Part shown: positions 38,535 to 52,584 of the stretch, one piece after another
Layout: the number at the start of each line of letters is the position of its first letter
Position numbering within the stretch: position 1 is the stretch's first letter
Assembly (NCBI RefSeq): GCF_001194135.2
Contig: NC_068989.1
Span: 57,557,264 to 57,621,263, forward strand
Length of the DNA stretch: 64,000 nucleotides
Direction of reading: 5' to 3'
Origin: Octopus bimaculoides
Taxonomy: Eukaryota
Program-made: the position numbers and the translations under genes
Notes under the pieces: generated by a model
What the model saw: only the letters and a program-made list of their open reading frames with translations
Databases searched by the model: none
What the model was told of the DNA's origin: nothing

Positions 38535-38880
38535 ACGACATATGCATTTACCCATTATTCCAACATAAATTGAAACATTTTATTCGCAAAAATAGATGCA
38601 AATGTTGTATAACGCTTCTCAACATTCTTTTCTTTAATTGTTTTCCCTTAAATATACCAGCTTCAAACAAAACGTGAACAAAGTGTAATATTGGAAATGG
38701 CTTGTATAAAGGAATAAAGGTTATTGTGAAAGCAAAGGGTAGCCATTTTGAACTGTGAATATATGTAGAATATTGTCAATTAATATAACAATCAACCTGT
38801 AAACTTTCATTAACCAAAACTTTATTTTTTTTAATATTTTATGATAAAATGAATAATGGGTAGAATATATATGCCGCACC
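38535..38880 (+). mobile_element. Internally deleted mariner/maT-type MITE
   Basis: Imperfect ~27-bp TIRs (ACGACATATGCATTTACCCATTATTC vs the reverse complement of 38851-77, GCGGCATATATATTCTACCCATTATTC). It retains a transposase C-terminal remnant IKVIVKAKGSHFEL*. Confidence 0.6.
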
Positions 38881-38891
38881 CGGAATGTATG

Positions 38892-38967
<76 letters not shown>

Positions 38968-40069
38968 CGTATGTGCGTGAGAGAATCAGAGAGAGAGAAG
39001 AGTACTGAAAAATGTGATCTATGACGTATTATGACTGGAAATATGAAGTCATGAACGGAAGGTCTTCGATCATAGACATGATGGGGAGCAAATCGACAAA
39101 ACTGTAACCGTCAGTCAGCACCATAATAATAACAACTACAGCAGATATAATTATAAGAACGATGTCATCAGTAGGAAGGCCTTGCGTTGTGGCCGCTCGA
39201 CCTGCTAGAAATAATAGCCTACCGTCTTTAATAAAAAAAGATAGTTGGAAAGGACGCATATATATCATAGTTCTAGATACACTCCCTGAAATAGATGAAC
39301 GGTCACGGTTGAAATCGTGGGGTTCAATAATAACTACTGCTACCATTAATAGACTCAATTCTTGAACTAAAGGGGTTTCAAATTAGTCACTCAAACTGAC
39401 AGATATAGTAGCTAAATTATCCTTAGCTCACCTAATATATACATGTGTATGTGTCTTTTATCTTTTACTTGTTTCAGTCATTAGACTGCGGCCATGCTGG
39501 GGCACCGTCTTGAAGAATTTTTAGTCAAACGAATCGACCACAGTACTTATTTATTTTTTAAGCCTGGTACTTAATCTATTGGTCACTTTTGTCGAATTGC
39601 CAAGTTATGAGAATGTAAACACACTAACACCTGTTGTCAAGCAGTGGTGGCGAACAAACACAGATGCAAAAACTCACACCACCCACATGTGCGTGTGTGT
39701 CTGTGTTTATGTATGTATCCTCGATTGGGATATTTTTTCATTTCGATATTTTTTTTGCCTCTTTCTCTCCGATGACGGTATATTTAGCTTATGTGGAATC
39801 TTTACTCAATATCATGATCCACATATTTAGCTATTCTAGAAATAGCTGTAAGAGACTCTATCTGTTTATATTCTCCATCTAAATTAAAAGTTTTTTTTGA
39901 GTAATGCCAAATATTTTGCTTTTCCATTTTTTATTTTAATCTGTATTCACCCACTCAAGGAGAAACCACTTCTAACCGCCCTCGATAGGCAGTCTCAGCA
40001 CTACATTTTCAACTGCAGTTCAAGCCGGAGTTTTAGTGATAAACCAAACTGAGCACTCATAGTACATAC

Positions 40070-40120
<51 letters not shown>

Positions 40121-40276
40121 TGTGTGCGCGCGCGCGCGCGTGTGTGTCTGTCTGTCTGTCTGTCTGTATGTATGTATGTATGTATGTATGTATGTATGTA
40201 TATCACTGACATCTCATTTTAACAGATGTATTTACCATAATTACATAAAAATATCTTGAAATACTAAAGAGTAAAT

Positions 40277-41336
40277 TTATTCAATAAAACTGCCATTGGC
40301 TTCAACCACGGCCTCCTGACAACTTCGGAACCTCTTGTGACTCTTCTGGACGGTCTCCTTATTTAACTTGGTGAATACTGCTATAATCCTTGCCTTTAGT
40401 TCATCTTTGGTGTTACAAGGAGTTTTGTTGGTCTCTCGCTCAACTGCGCCCACACATAACAATCAAGGGGGTTGCAGTCTGGGGAGATAAGAGATCAAAT
40501 GTAAGGGGTGATGTGGTCGCAGAAATTGTCTGACAGTTCATGCCTGGGTTCCCCTGCTTGTTTAGCATGGTGCAGAGTCCTGTTGCCAGGCATAGGGTCT
40601 TCCAGCAGCCACTCTCTTGTCTCAAGGCAGCATTACCTCTTCCAGGCACTTGATGCAGGCCTCCGTGTTGAGTGTGAGGCCGTATGAGAAGATGAACGGA
40701 GGCATAACGTCGGAATCACAAGTGATCACTCCAAACACCATGATGTCTGGATGTTTAATTTTTATCACTCTCGATACATTTTTTGGAGACACGGCTAGCC
40801 AACGGTTGTTCTCCATCTGATCCTAGCAGAAATTTTTCTCGTCTGATAAAACCAAAGCATTTTCGGTTAGAGGAGATACTTGAATTTATTCAAAAGCTTC
40901 GTAGCATGGCTTTTCCTCTTGTCTTTGATGGATTGGAATAAAAATTATCCCTTTTTCATCTTGTATGAGGATTACTGAATGTTTTCATGCACTACCTGCC
41001 TGATAAGAAACTCAGACACTCCTATGTCCCTGGTGATGAACCTGATTGACTTGGAGGGATCGTTGTCAATCATGGCCTAGATCTCACCAACAAATTTAGG
41101 AGTTCTTTTCTGATCAGAACGATCAAAGTGAGTTTTTTGAGATGCCGTACCTTCGTAATTATCATTAGATTCATCCGACTCTTTCCGAATCCTTTGCACT
41201 GTCCTCAGATTGACACGCAAGCACTCTGAAATGTTCGTATTGGAGCTTCCGGGACGAATACCAAGCTGTACAGCATGTCGATTCCAAATTTTTTTTACTC
41301 CACTACTTTGGATGTAGTATTAGATACAAGATTCAT
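40277..41336 (-). mobile_element. DD37D (maT/mori) Tc1/mariner transposase pseudogene, copy 1
   Basis: LSDEKNFC*DQMENNRWLA...IMVFGVITCDSDVMPPFIF...QQDSAPC...SPDCNPLD...AVVEANGSFIE*. After correcting one 1-nt insertion there are 37 residues between the second and third D; multiple stops are present. Confidence 0.85.
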
Positions 41337-41894
41337 GATTTTAATGAATAGACAAGATGGTTATGGCTGGAACGCTTCTGATCATGAGCTTGGTCAGTCA
41401 GAGCAAAATCTGGAGGTTGAACAACAAGTACAATGAAAAAAAATATTTTAATTAAAAAAATGAAATATAATATCTCCGAACCTTGTTGATGCACTAGTAT
41501 CTGTTGCTATAGCAACCTCTTCAATCAGCTCGTCTGTATGAGCACNNNNNNNNNNNNNNNNNNNNNNNNNNNNNNNNNNNNNNNNNNNNNNNNNNNNNNN
41601 NNNNNNNNNNNNNNNNNNNNNNNNNNNNNNNNNNNNNNNNNNNNNNNNNNNNNNNNNNNNNNNNNNNNNNNATATATATATATATATAAATTTGTGTGTG
41701 TCTAGATGAGTGCACATATAGGTGTTACATTGATCTGTTGGTTGAATGTAGCGACTATTATAATGTGATTACTATGGTTACCATTTCCTACTGCATTTTC
41801 CTTCTTCACTTCTCTCTAGACATTGACTATTATCAACTTATATATTCCACTGACAGCATCTCATTTCTCCGCCTTTAACTCTGCTGCCTTTCTC

Positions 41895-41937
<43 letters not shown>

Positions 41938-42160
41938 ACATGTATGTAATTATGTGCGTATAGTTGTATGTTTATATGTGTTCGTGTGTATATGTATGTG
42001 TATGTGTGTGTGTGTGTGTGTATACGTGAATAGGAGATGCACATCTGTATAAATAATCCAGAATTGTAATGAATTCAAAGAGTAAATTATATATACGTAT
42101 ATGTTATAGAGAGAGAGGAGGGCATAGCGAGATGGCTACATAGATAGCCAACTACATACA

Positions 42161-42194
<34 letters not shown>

Positions 42195-42783
42195 CATACA
42201 TACATACAATACATATATGCGTAACTTACGTACCTATGTATATATGTATATATANNNNNNNNNNNNNNNNNNNNNNNNNNNNNNNNNNNNNNNNNNNNNN
42301 NNNNNNNNNNNNNNNNNNNNNNNNNNNNNNNNNNNNNNNNNNNNNNNNNNNNNNNNNNNNNNNNNNNNNNNNNNNNNNNNNNNNNNNNNNNNNNNNNNNN
42401 NNNNNNNNNNNNNNNNNNNNNNNNNNNNNNNNNNNNNNNNNNNNNNNNNNNNNNNNNNNNNNNNNNNNNNNNNNNNNNNNNNNNNNNNNNNNNNNNNNNN
42501 NNNNNNNNNNNNNNNNNNNNNNNNNNNNNNNNNNNNNNNNNNNNNNNNNNNNNNNNNNNNNNNNNNNNNNNNNNNNNNNNNNNNNNNNNNNNNNNNNNNN
42601 NNNNNNNNNNNNNNNNNNNNNNNNNNNNNNNNNNNNNNNNNNNNNNNNNNNNNNNNNCTTTTTTCTCTCTCTCTTCATAGTTCCTCGTTTCGTTGCCACT
42701 GTTTCCTATCTATCCGACTTTCTTTCAATTTTCTTCTTCTAGTCGAACCTCGCTTATTTTATACGCACCCCACATATATTTCA

Positions 42784-42842
<59 letters not shown>

Positions 42843-43044
42843 CGCGCGCGCGTGTATGTAGCCTCAAATTATACCATATCAGCTTTTAAAATAATACTGA
42901 ATATTATAGTCGAAAGTAAACTACCTAAATCAGTTGGAGGGCCACTTCTGGAAGGCCTTAATTCATATGTCTGCTCTTTCAGTTTGACCTGAAGGTACAG
43001 AACACGACAACAATGATTCTTTCTCTCGTCCTTTTGTGCCAAGT

Positions 43045-43451
43045 CTCACAAAAGCCCTTCCCCCTCTCTCTCTCTCTCTCTTCCTCTCTCACCCTCTCTC
43101 ACTCTCTTTGTTGTTTTCCTTTCTTCTTCACTATCTCAATGTCTCCATCTCTCGTATCTTGTTATCTTTTGCTCTCACTTTATAATTTATCATTTGCTCT
43201 CTCTCGCCCTCTTCACTTATATCTCTTTCCCCATCTCTGTATCTTTATCTCTCTCTCTCTCTCTCTCTCGCTCTCTCTCTCTCTCTCGATCTCGCTCTCT
43301 CTTCCTTCTCTGTATCTTCTTCCTCTCTTTCTCCCTTTATCTCTCACGCTTCCATCTCTATTTTCAACTCTCTCTCTAACTCTTTTTCTGTCTTTTTCTC
43401 TTTCCCTCTCTCATTCTTTCTTTCTCTCTATCTCTTTTTCTACCTCTATCT

Positions 43452-43515
<64 letters not shown>
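43045..43515. repeat. (CT)n-rich polypyrimidine tract
   Basis: Direct inspection; this explains the L/S-rich ORF. Confidence 0.9.
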
Positions 43516-43517
<2 letters not shown>

Positions 43518-44199
43518 CCTATCTATTGTTTCTTGTAAATTCTTACTTTCCTTATTATCTAAATTCTTTTTTTTACCCTTCTGTATTTTCAAGAACATTT
43601 TACACATCTCCAAGATCTCTGTATGTCTGTTTGTTTCCTTTAAACTCGTCTCCTATCAGCATTGAATGAAGTCAATTGCATTCAATGACAAGTTTTATTA
43701 ATATTAGATTAAAAAGCACTAATTAAAATCAATCGTTGGTTTTAAGAATTGGTTTCGTGCTGATCCGGTCAGTAATGAAAAGCAAAAGTTTATCCTGTGT
43801 TTGGATGGAGACGGGGCTAATTTATTGTTATTTGTCTTCAATTGACTGAAGATTCTTTTGTCTGTTGTTGTGTTTTTAAGTGTGGAAATTGTTAAACTTC
43901 TTTTCATGTTTTATAGATTCATCTATTGCGAGTACGCTTTTTTCATAGGTCGTTAGTTCATCAAAGAACTATGTTTCTGTTCAACATTGGTTTGAAACGT
44001 GGTGGGAAGTGGATAAGCTGAATTGATAGAGCATCTAAGGAAATTAATGTGCGGTATCTAGTTGGTCATCTTTACGTTCTGAGTTCAAATCCTGCTGAGA
44101 TCATTTTAGTCTTTCATCCTTCCGAGGAGGGGTGGAGTTCGATAAATAACGTACCAGTCAAGTACTAGAGTTGATTTAATCTAGTCCTCGGGATTACAT

Positions 44200-44640
44200 T
44201 ACAAAACAACCAATATTGGTTGAAACAAATGTTGGGCCATTGGAACAACAATAAAATACATTATGATATTTGAATAAACATGATAAAACCAGAATTCTGC
44301 TTGACCAGAAATGCGAAGTAGAATCCTCAACTGATATCTTCTCTCTAAGAAGAGTAAATTCGGTTACACTCTCACATGTGAAGAATGAATGTTGTGTTAG
44401 ACGCTGTAAGTGAGCAAAAAGTTCATGGCCTTTGAAATAAAGTGTTATACAAAGATACTTCAACGTTCTCATACAGAATACTAAAAAAGGAAATGTTGAG
44501 AAGAGCGTGAACCACGAAAGTCGTCTGCCAATTATTGAAAGGCGAAAATTGGAGTGGATTGCGCATTGTAATACGATGCCAAGACACCCTACCATTAGGA
44601 TGTGGTCATGTGTAAGCAAATCTTCGTTTAAAAAGATATA
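44200..44640 (+). mobile_element. 3' fragment of an RTE-clade LINE
   Basis: TLTCEE*ML, FMAFEIKCYTKILQRSHTEY (~44422) and IERRKLEWIAH (~44533) match the RTE C-terminal LLYGCETW / AFEMKC.R.ILRI.YT / RKL.WFGH pattern. Confidence 0.6.
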
Positions 44641-45076
44641 GGAAGGCTATTCAAGTAGATGGTTGAACAGCACCTCAAGAATTACTACAGATTATCTGTA
44701 GTTGATAAAAAACAACTACAGATTACCTTCCCCGCCTTAGCTCCGGTCACCACCAGCGATCGACCGTTATCATTTATCTTTTACTTGTTTCAGTCATTGT
44801 ACTACAGCCATGCTGAGACACTGCCTTGAAGAATTTTATAGTCGAATGAATCGATCCCAGTACTTTTTTTCAACTTGGAATTTATTCTATCGTTCTCTTA
44901 AGCCGAATCGCTAGTTTACGGGAACGTAGAACCATCAACACCGGTTTTCAAGTGGTCGTTGGAGTACACAAATAAGGCACAATTTTTACGATGCATAAAA
45001 CTGGCTATAAATAGTAAAATAATGGTAGTAGACAGATATAATTTTAATGTAACATTGATTACAACTAAAACAATTG

Positions 45077-46205
45077 TCACTCAATATGGCCGCCCTTTTG
45101 GGCAATTATTGCCTTCACATGAGAACCAAATTTGTTTGCAGCTACCGCAACCGCTGCTGTTTTGATTTTTCGTGTCGCACACACGATGCAGGCCTTCAAA
45201 CTGTTGACACTCGAGTATAGTGAAGCATTGGCCCTTGCTTGAAGCATGCCCCATAAAAATTAGTCGAGGAGGTTGAGTTCTGAGCTATTATTGGGCCAGA
45301 TGTTGCCCTCACAAAAAAATAGCACCTTCTCACCAAGGAAGGCCTGTATTGCTTTTGACCCATAGCATGGTGCAGAATCCTGGTTAAGCACCCAAACTTC
45401 TGGTCTATCCAAGGTAACAGAGAGTTCTTCAGGATGTCCAGATACTTCTTTGTGCCGATCCTCAAGCCAACTTCAATGAATTGTGGATCTATGACACTTC
45501 CATCACTCGCCACTGCTCCAAATACCGTCACAGAGGCAGATTCTTAGTCTCAAACACAGTGGGGTTGTCAGGTTGCATGCAATAACCCGATTTCTGCGAT
45601 TCACTTCAGCGTCCACAGTGAACTTCTCGTCCACAAACACGAGAGTTTTTCCTGCACCTTGATGCTTGATGAATGACAGAAGCTTTGGGCATCTCTCAGC
45701 TCTGATTGCTTTGGCCTTGGCCTTTACGAGGTGATGGGGTCGTCAAACATAGCTAGTCATGCCAAGGTTCCTGCTCACAGCTCTGGACACCGTCGAAAGG
45801 AACACATTGCGTTTCTTTGCAAGAGTTGTCATGGATATTGGTAGGTTGACTTCGTCGAGCGTTTGGGGTCAGCGAGTAACTTTGGATTGCGTTTGGAATC
45901 ACTTCGTGTCTTGTGTTCTTTTCTATCAGTCTTTCCCTCTTCTTTAAATTGTTTATACATACGACAAACTGCTGCTTTCTGAAGCTTCATCAACTTGACA
46001 ATTTTATTGGCAGTGTGCTCGGTGCGCGCCAGAACAATGACGGAACGATTTTGTTGTTCCATGGCTTTCTGTAGTCGAATCAGTTCGCTATTTACCTGAA
46101 AAATAAAGAGGAGGATTAAGCAAGCAAGGTTTTATCAAAAAATGAAATGTTAAACCCATTAAGTCAACTGCTTAAAATTGGTCTCAATTTATCTGCAAAA
46201 CCTTG
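45077..46205 (-). mobile_element. DD37D (maT/mori) Tc1/mariner transposon, copy 2 (different subfamily), pseudogenised
   Basis: MEQQNRSVIVLAR..., VFVDEKFTVD, QDSAPCYGSKAIQAFLGEKVLFFCEGNIWPNNSSELNLLD (exactly 37 aa between the Ds) and KGGHIE*. The 5' terminus is TA|CAAGGTTTTGCAGATAAATTGAGACC at 46205. Confidence 0.85.
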
Positions 46206-46214
46206 TATGTATGT

Positions 46215-46390
46215 ATATATATATATGACAGGCTTCTTTCAGTATCCGTCTACCACATCTACTCACAAGCCTTTGGTCAGCCCGAGGCTATAGAAAAAGA
46301 CACTTGGCCAAGATGCCACACGGACTGGACTGAACCCGGTACCATGCGTTTGAGAAGCAAGCTTCTTACCTCACAGCTACGCCTACGCCT
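46215..46390 (-). mobile_element. SINE family A, 5' half
   Basis: Minus-strand GGCGTAGGCGTAGCTGTGAGGTAAGAAG...GGTTCAGTCC...CTTGGCCAAGTGTC. Other 5' halves lie at 55825-55995(+), 61125-61270(+) and 61345-61505(-). Confidence 0.8.
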
Positions 46391-46859
46391 ATTATACAAG
46401 TTATATAAGTTTAGTGTGGACTGTGGAATAAACTCAAAAAACACCCACAAGGTGGGCTGAACAAGGTTGCACACCATCAACGCCATCATCATCATCGTCG
46501 TCGTCGTCATAATTATCATCATCATCATCATCGTCATCGTGTTCTTTCGGTACATTAATGATTTTCTCACTGTCATTTTTTATCAGACTGGTACATCGTA
46601 GTTATGCAGATTATACCGAAACTTCATAGACGTCATTCATCTGTTTACATCAGTCATGCACTGTTTCTAATGAACAGAGACTTTGAAAGTATCTTTTCAG
46701 CTGGGGAGGGGGGAGTAATGGAGAAGGATTTGCCAACCATGTCTCATTCAACTGTGTGTTTCGCATTAATAATATGCTCATATGTCTGAAACAGTGTACA
46801 GATATACATACACCTAGTGAGTGTGTGTGCGTGTGCGTGTGCGTGAAAAGGAGATGGGG

Positions 46860-47575
46860 AAGGGGAAAGAGACGGGGAAGGAAGGAAGGAAGGAAGCAAG
46901 CAAGCAATGAAGGAAGGAAGGAAGGAAGGAAGGAAGGAAAAAGGAAGGAAGGAAAAAAGGAAGGAAGGCAGGAAGGAAGGAAGGAAGGAAGGAAGGAAAG
47001 AAGGAAGGAAGGAAGCAAGCAAGCAAGCAAGGAAGGAAGCAAGGAATGAAGGAAGGAAGGAAGGAAGGAAGGAAGGGAGGAAGAAAAAGGAAGGAAGGAA
47101 AGAAGGAAGGAAGCAAGCAAGCAAGGAAGCAAGCAAGGAAGCAAGGAAGGAAGGAAGGAAGGAAAGAAGGAAGGAAGGAAGGAAGGAAGGAAGGAAGGAA
47201 AAAGGAAGGAAGCAAGCAAGCAAGCAAGGAAGCAAGCAAGGAAGCAAGGAAGGAAGGAAGGAAGGAAGGAAGAAAGGAAGGAAGGGAGGAAGGAAGGAAA
47301 AAGGAAGGAAGCAAGGAAGGAAGCAAGCAAGCAAGGAAGGAAGCAAGGAAGCAAGGAAGGAAGGAAGGAAGGAAGGAAGGAAGGAAGGAAGGAAGGATGG
47401 ATGGATGGATGGATGGATGGATGGTAAGAAAGAAAGAAAGAAAGAAGGAAGGAAGGAAGGAAGGAAGGAAGGAAAGAAGGAAGGAAGAAGGGAAAAGAAA
47501 GAAACAAAGAAACAAAGAAATAAAGAAACAAAGAAACAAAGAAAGGAAGGAAGGAAGGAAGGAAGGAAAGAGACA
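46860..47575 (+). repeat. ~715-bp (AAGG/AAGC/ATGG/AAAG)n polypurine microsatellite
   Basis: Direct inspection; this explains the KEGR and LPSF ORFs. Confidence 0.95.
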
Positions 47576-49780
47576 GTTTACAGCAGATTCACCAAAGCCA
47601 GCTGACTAAATGACAATCCATTACTCCCCAACAAGAGAACCTTTACAGAGACACTACTGTTAAATGCAGCACCCAAATAACATTCAAATCACACCCAATC
47701 AAATAAATACAAAAGATATTCGATAATGCAGTCCTAGACATACTCTTAAAAAGATGATAATTTGGTCACGGTTGGTCACTGCTGATCATTTCTATGTTCA
47801 TAGATCTTTATGATTGGTGCCAAACAGCCAATCTTTATGATTGGTTTCAAACATGGTATATACTTTGTCGGCTCTCTATGCTGAAGGTTCGTTGTTCTCT
47901 GAAGTCTCTAAATCTGAAACCATTCCCACCAACACCCACCTTACACTCATACCCGACTCTCTTTCATTTTCCCCTCCTTTGTTGTTGTAACTGACCCCCA
48001 CAAATCCTTGGCTAAACTCTAAACCCATTTTTTTTTTCTGTGTGTACTGACACTCCATCGGTTACGGCGACAAAGGTTTCAAAGATCCCATCAACGGAAC
48101 AGCCTGTAGATTAACGTACAAATGGCTAAACACTCTACAAACACACGTACCCTTCAAGTAGTTCTGAAGGCATGACACATAATGTGACAAGGCTGACCTT
48201 TGAATTCAATTTTGACAACTGAGTTAACTGGGGCAACGTGAAATAAAATGTCTTGCTCAAGGATACAACACGCCACCGGGAATCGAACTCACGACTTCAC
48301 GATCGTGAGCCGATTACCCCTAACATCTAATCCTTCTTTTTTGATATAATCTCTCGTCTTACACATTTCTCTACATAGTTAGCTATGTTTCAACATTGCC
48401 AGTATGGGATAGACTGAAAAGGAAGACCACGAGGCATTACCTCGCTATATTGAATTTAATAATAAACAATTATATACACATCCCTTACAAAGATCTGTCA
48501 TCATCGTTATCATCATTCTCATCATGTTAAACGAAAGGAAAATTAGTCATTTGGGTGAAGCAAAAGCACTCTGGGTTTATGGATGAAGTGTATCGTTTTT
48601 TGTGAGTGTTTTTCAATGATATTAGCAACGCAAGGGATGTAGCTTCGACCATCAGTTAAACCGTGTTTGTGGATCTTACTTCACTGGGAGTTTACGTTTT
48701 CTACTTCATTATCACTTCTATACTATAAATAAATTATGAAATCTAGAATAGAACAACAAAAACAAAACAGATCACCCTTCCGGTTAATTTTATTGATTTA
48801 TATTACTATTTCATCGATTCGGGTAGAGGTAGAGTGCTAGACAAGTCTGTTACATTTAATTTTGTTTCTTTATGTACTGGGGTCGACTTTGCTTTTGATC
48901 TGTCCTGGGCATACACAATAATTACAAATATGTAGGGGTGTTCTTGTTCCATTAATTTGTAACCGAGATCGCTGAAAGAAATCATTATAATAATTATTAT
49001 TTGCAATCTGAGATACACTTCAAAAGTTTCTTTTCTTACGTTATAAAGAATTAGTTACATCATAGCAAGCTTACATGCAAATGTCCAAGGATAATTGCTG
49101 CTTTGGAAGATATCAACACTGACCCCAGGGATATCTTCCAAACGTGAAAGATATACACGGACCAAATTACTAAAATGAAGATATTATGGTGTAACAAAAG
49201 AAGGCTTCTTTATGGATTGAAAAAGAATTTATTCGTTACGTTAATAGGAATGGTGTTCAATACAAATTAATGAAAATATTCACATGAAACAGCATAATAT
49301 GACACGTAAAGAAAGTCTTTGTTAGAAATTCAACATTTGGACTATTTTTTACATATCAAATACATATTGGGGTCCTTGGTGTGTCCTCTTCTTCGATCAT
49401 TCCAGGTTGAACATGCAGCTGTGAAAAGCAGCCATTTCCACTTTGAGATTTGGGCGCTCAATTTAGCTGTATTTGTAGGCCTCGTTCTATTCAGGCTATA
49501 AAATTATCACGTGAACAACGGCTGTTCATTGGATAAAATCTCGGTTGAGCACATGATTGAATTGTGATTTCTATGTGGCAAAATGCGGGTCGAGTCCAAT
49601 ACTACAACAGCATATGTGGAAATTTGTCTATCATTCCATTTGTAAGTGGTACAATTGGAATGGTAAACAATCGCTTTTTATTTTTATTGACCCCTTTCAT
49701 TGCAAGACCGAGTGCAGCTCTATACACCTTGGGTAACTTGTAGTATATTGTTTTGGCTTTGTATTATCGATTGTTCTATG

Positions 49781-49824
<44 letters not shown>

Positions 49825-49996
49825 CTTAATAATGCTCTTGTCTGTGTTGTGTTCTGGAATTTCGACAATGTATTTTTTTATCAGCATCTTTTTTTAACCA
49901 TTTCTCGGGACTGATTTTTGTTTTAGGTCTTCACATACTTTATATCTCTAATTCCATATTTCACACTTCGGCAGTTTCTAATTATTAATATGATCA

Positions 49997-50560
49997 TTTT
50001 ACCGCACCGAACAGAATGCTTGACGGTATTTCTTCTGGTTTTACGTTCTGAGGTTAAATGTTGCCGAGGTCGACTACTTTTCAGCCTTTCGAGGTTAGCA
50101 CTGGGGTCGATGTAATTGACTTATCCCTTCCCACGAAATTGCTGGCCTTGTGTGAAAATTTGAAACTAATATCATTATTGTTTTACCGCACCGGATAAAA
50201 TGCTTGGCGGCATTTCTTCAGGCTTTATGTTCTAAGTTCGAAATTCCACGGAGGTTGACGTTGCCTTTCAACCTTTCGGGGTCGATGAAATAAGTACCAG
50301 TCAAGCACTAGGGTCGATGTAATCCATTAGTCTCCTCCCGAAAATGGCAGGGTTAATTATATTATCAGTTTAGTACACTGGGAAAATGCTCAGCGGTATT
50401 TTCTTAGTCTTTACGTGCTGACTTCAAATTTCACCGAGGTCGGCTCTGACTTTCATCCTTTCAGGGTCGACAAAATAAGTTCCAGTTAAGCACTGGTGTT
50501 GAGGTAACCAGCTTCCTTCTTCCCTCAAAATTGCTGACCTTGTGACAAAATTAGAAATAT
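49997..50560 (+). mobile_element. Three tandem 5'-truncated SINE family B copies
   Basis: Units at ~49997-50170, 50182-50350 and 50370-50555; units 1 and 2 share the TTTTACCGCACCG start. Confidence 0.75.
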
Positions 50561-50574
50561 TATTATCATTATTA

Positions 50575-51025
50575 TTGAGAGAGCAATGCATGTCATCAAA
50601 GTAACATTTGGGTACAAATTATACGAAGCCCAATAACCCCATCATCACTACCCGTCTGACAAGGGTACACCAGGCACATGCATCACAACCATATGTGCGC
50701 AACATGATGATCTCATAACAAGATAACGCGTGACATTGCAGGTGAGGCCTATTGAAGATTTTTTTCAGGTCAAGTAACCCATTCCGTTCAAAAGGTCCCT
50801 GAACAAGATTTGTTTACGGATGATGGACAGAGACGTACATATCATCAGCCACTAAGGGGAATGCTCAACTGGTTAAAGTCAAGCAACTGACAAGCAAATC
50901 TGTGGTATTGAGCAGAATATTTGTTGTAACCCATCTTTTATACCAAGACAAAACATGTACATGATTACACTTCCAATGGGCTAAGATTAGAAGCCAAGAG
51001 AGCCAGTGCCTGGTACTGCATCAGG
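50575..51025 (-). repeat. Unclassified interspersed repeat (TCCCTGATGCAGTACCAGGC... family)
   Basis: Single copy here. It is recognised only from recall of octopus repeats and is flanked by ATT/ATC-rich tracts. Confidence 0.4.
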
Positions 51026-51608
51026 GAATTATAATAATTATTATTATTATTGTTGCTGTTGTTGTTGATGATGATCATGATCATGAAATTATAACTATGA
51101 TCGATAGCACAATCGGTAGAACACCGGAGAAAATTACCTTAAATTATTTAATTTCGTCTATTTATATCATAGCTTCAAATCTGATTGCGTTCAACATTAC
51201 CTTGTTCTATTTCCGGTGGTTATAAAATAATTCCATGTAATATAATAAACGGTCGGTTTAATCGAATGCATCGTACTCAGAGTTTATGATGTTGTACCCG
51301 TGGAAAAGAAAAATCATTATTTTTACTATTAACATTGTTGCTGTTTAGATTGTTGGTCAGTATTGTTGCTACTAATGTTGTAATGATTTTTATTGGTGTT
51401 GACATTTTAGTCAGCATGTCTGCCATATTCTTTTATTGAGAAACTTTAATAATTACAAAAATGATTTTAAAAGAAGTGAAATGAAAAGAACGAAATATAA
51501 ATACCAAGCTTTTTGTTCTTGTTTACTCTAGAACTGGTTTAGAATACAAAATGTAAGGTAGAAACAAATAAAAGAGAGTGTGTGCGTAGGTATGCATACA
51601 TGCCTCGC

Positions 51609-51643
<35 letters not shown>

Positions 51644-51924
51644 AGAGTATACTTCCATGCAACGAGAGATAAATATCATTTAATAAACACTGGATTTAAA
51701 TACAAGCCCCTATAAGTTTCATGCACTTATAGTTCAACAGTCGGATGAGCTTCTATAAAGCCTGGAAGATTGCACAATAGTACATAGCACGCCATACAAA
51801 CTCGTCAAGCTATTGTACTTTTAGAATGTGAAAATTATAGTAACTCACAGTTAAATCTTGTGTATATTAAATTATGTGTGTGTGTATGTATATATATATA
51901 TGTGTGTGTGTATGTGTGTGTATG

Positions 51925-51968
<44 letters not shown>

Positions 51969-52010
51969 TGTATTCATATGTCATTTAATATACATAAGCC
52001 GTATATATAT

Positions 52011-52049
<39 letters not shown>

Positions 52050-52144
52050 TATAGATATATATATAAACAGAGTGTTCTATTTATCCTACATCTATCAAAC
52101 CTAAACACAGACATACATATATATATAATAAATATACGCGCACA

Positions 52145-52237
<93 letters not shown>

Positions 52238-52546
52238 AAACACAAAAATAATACAAAAGAGCAGTATGAACTTATAACTGAGAACCAATTTCACATAACC
52301 TTTAAATGTTGATGAATGAATTATGAAAATAAAACGAAATGAAAACATGCACGAAAATTTTTAATTCGTTAGAATCGACAATACCAAAAACGGTAAATTT
52401 AACCAGCATCAAAGATAGTATCAAAGAATCGCAGTAATTTACAATACCCGTGTGATATTTAAAGCCAAACATAGATGTGCGTGTGTGTGTGTGCGTGTGT
52501 GTGTGTGTCTGTGTCTGTGTGTGTGTGTATGTGTCTGTGCGTGTGC

Positions 52547-52584
<38 letters not shown>

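Noticed and set aside
40074-40145. (TG)n-(GC)n Z-DNA-prone tracts (also 19225-19268 and 42788-42855)
   Set aside because: These are ubiquitous in this genome type, with no locus-specific significance visible.
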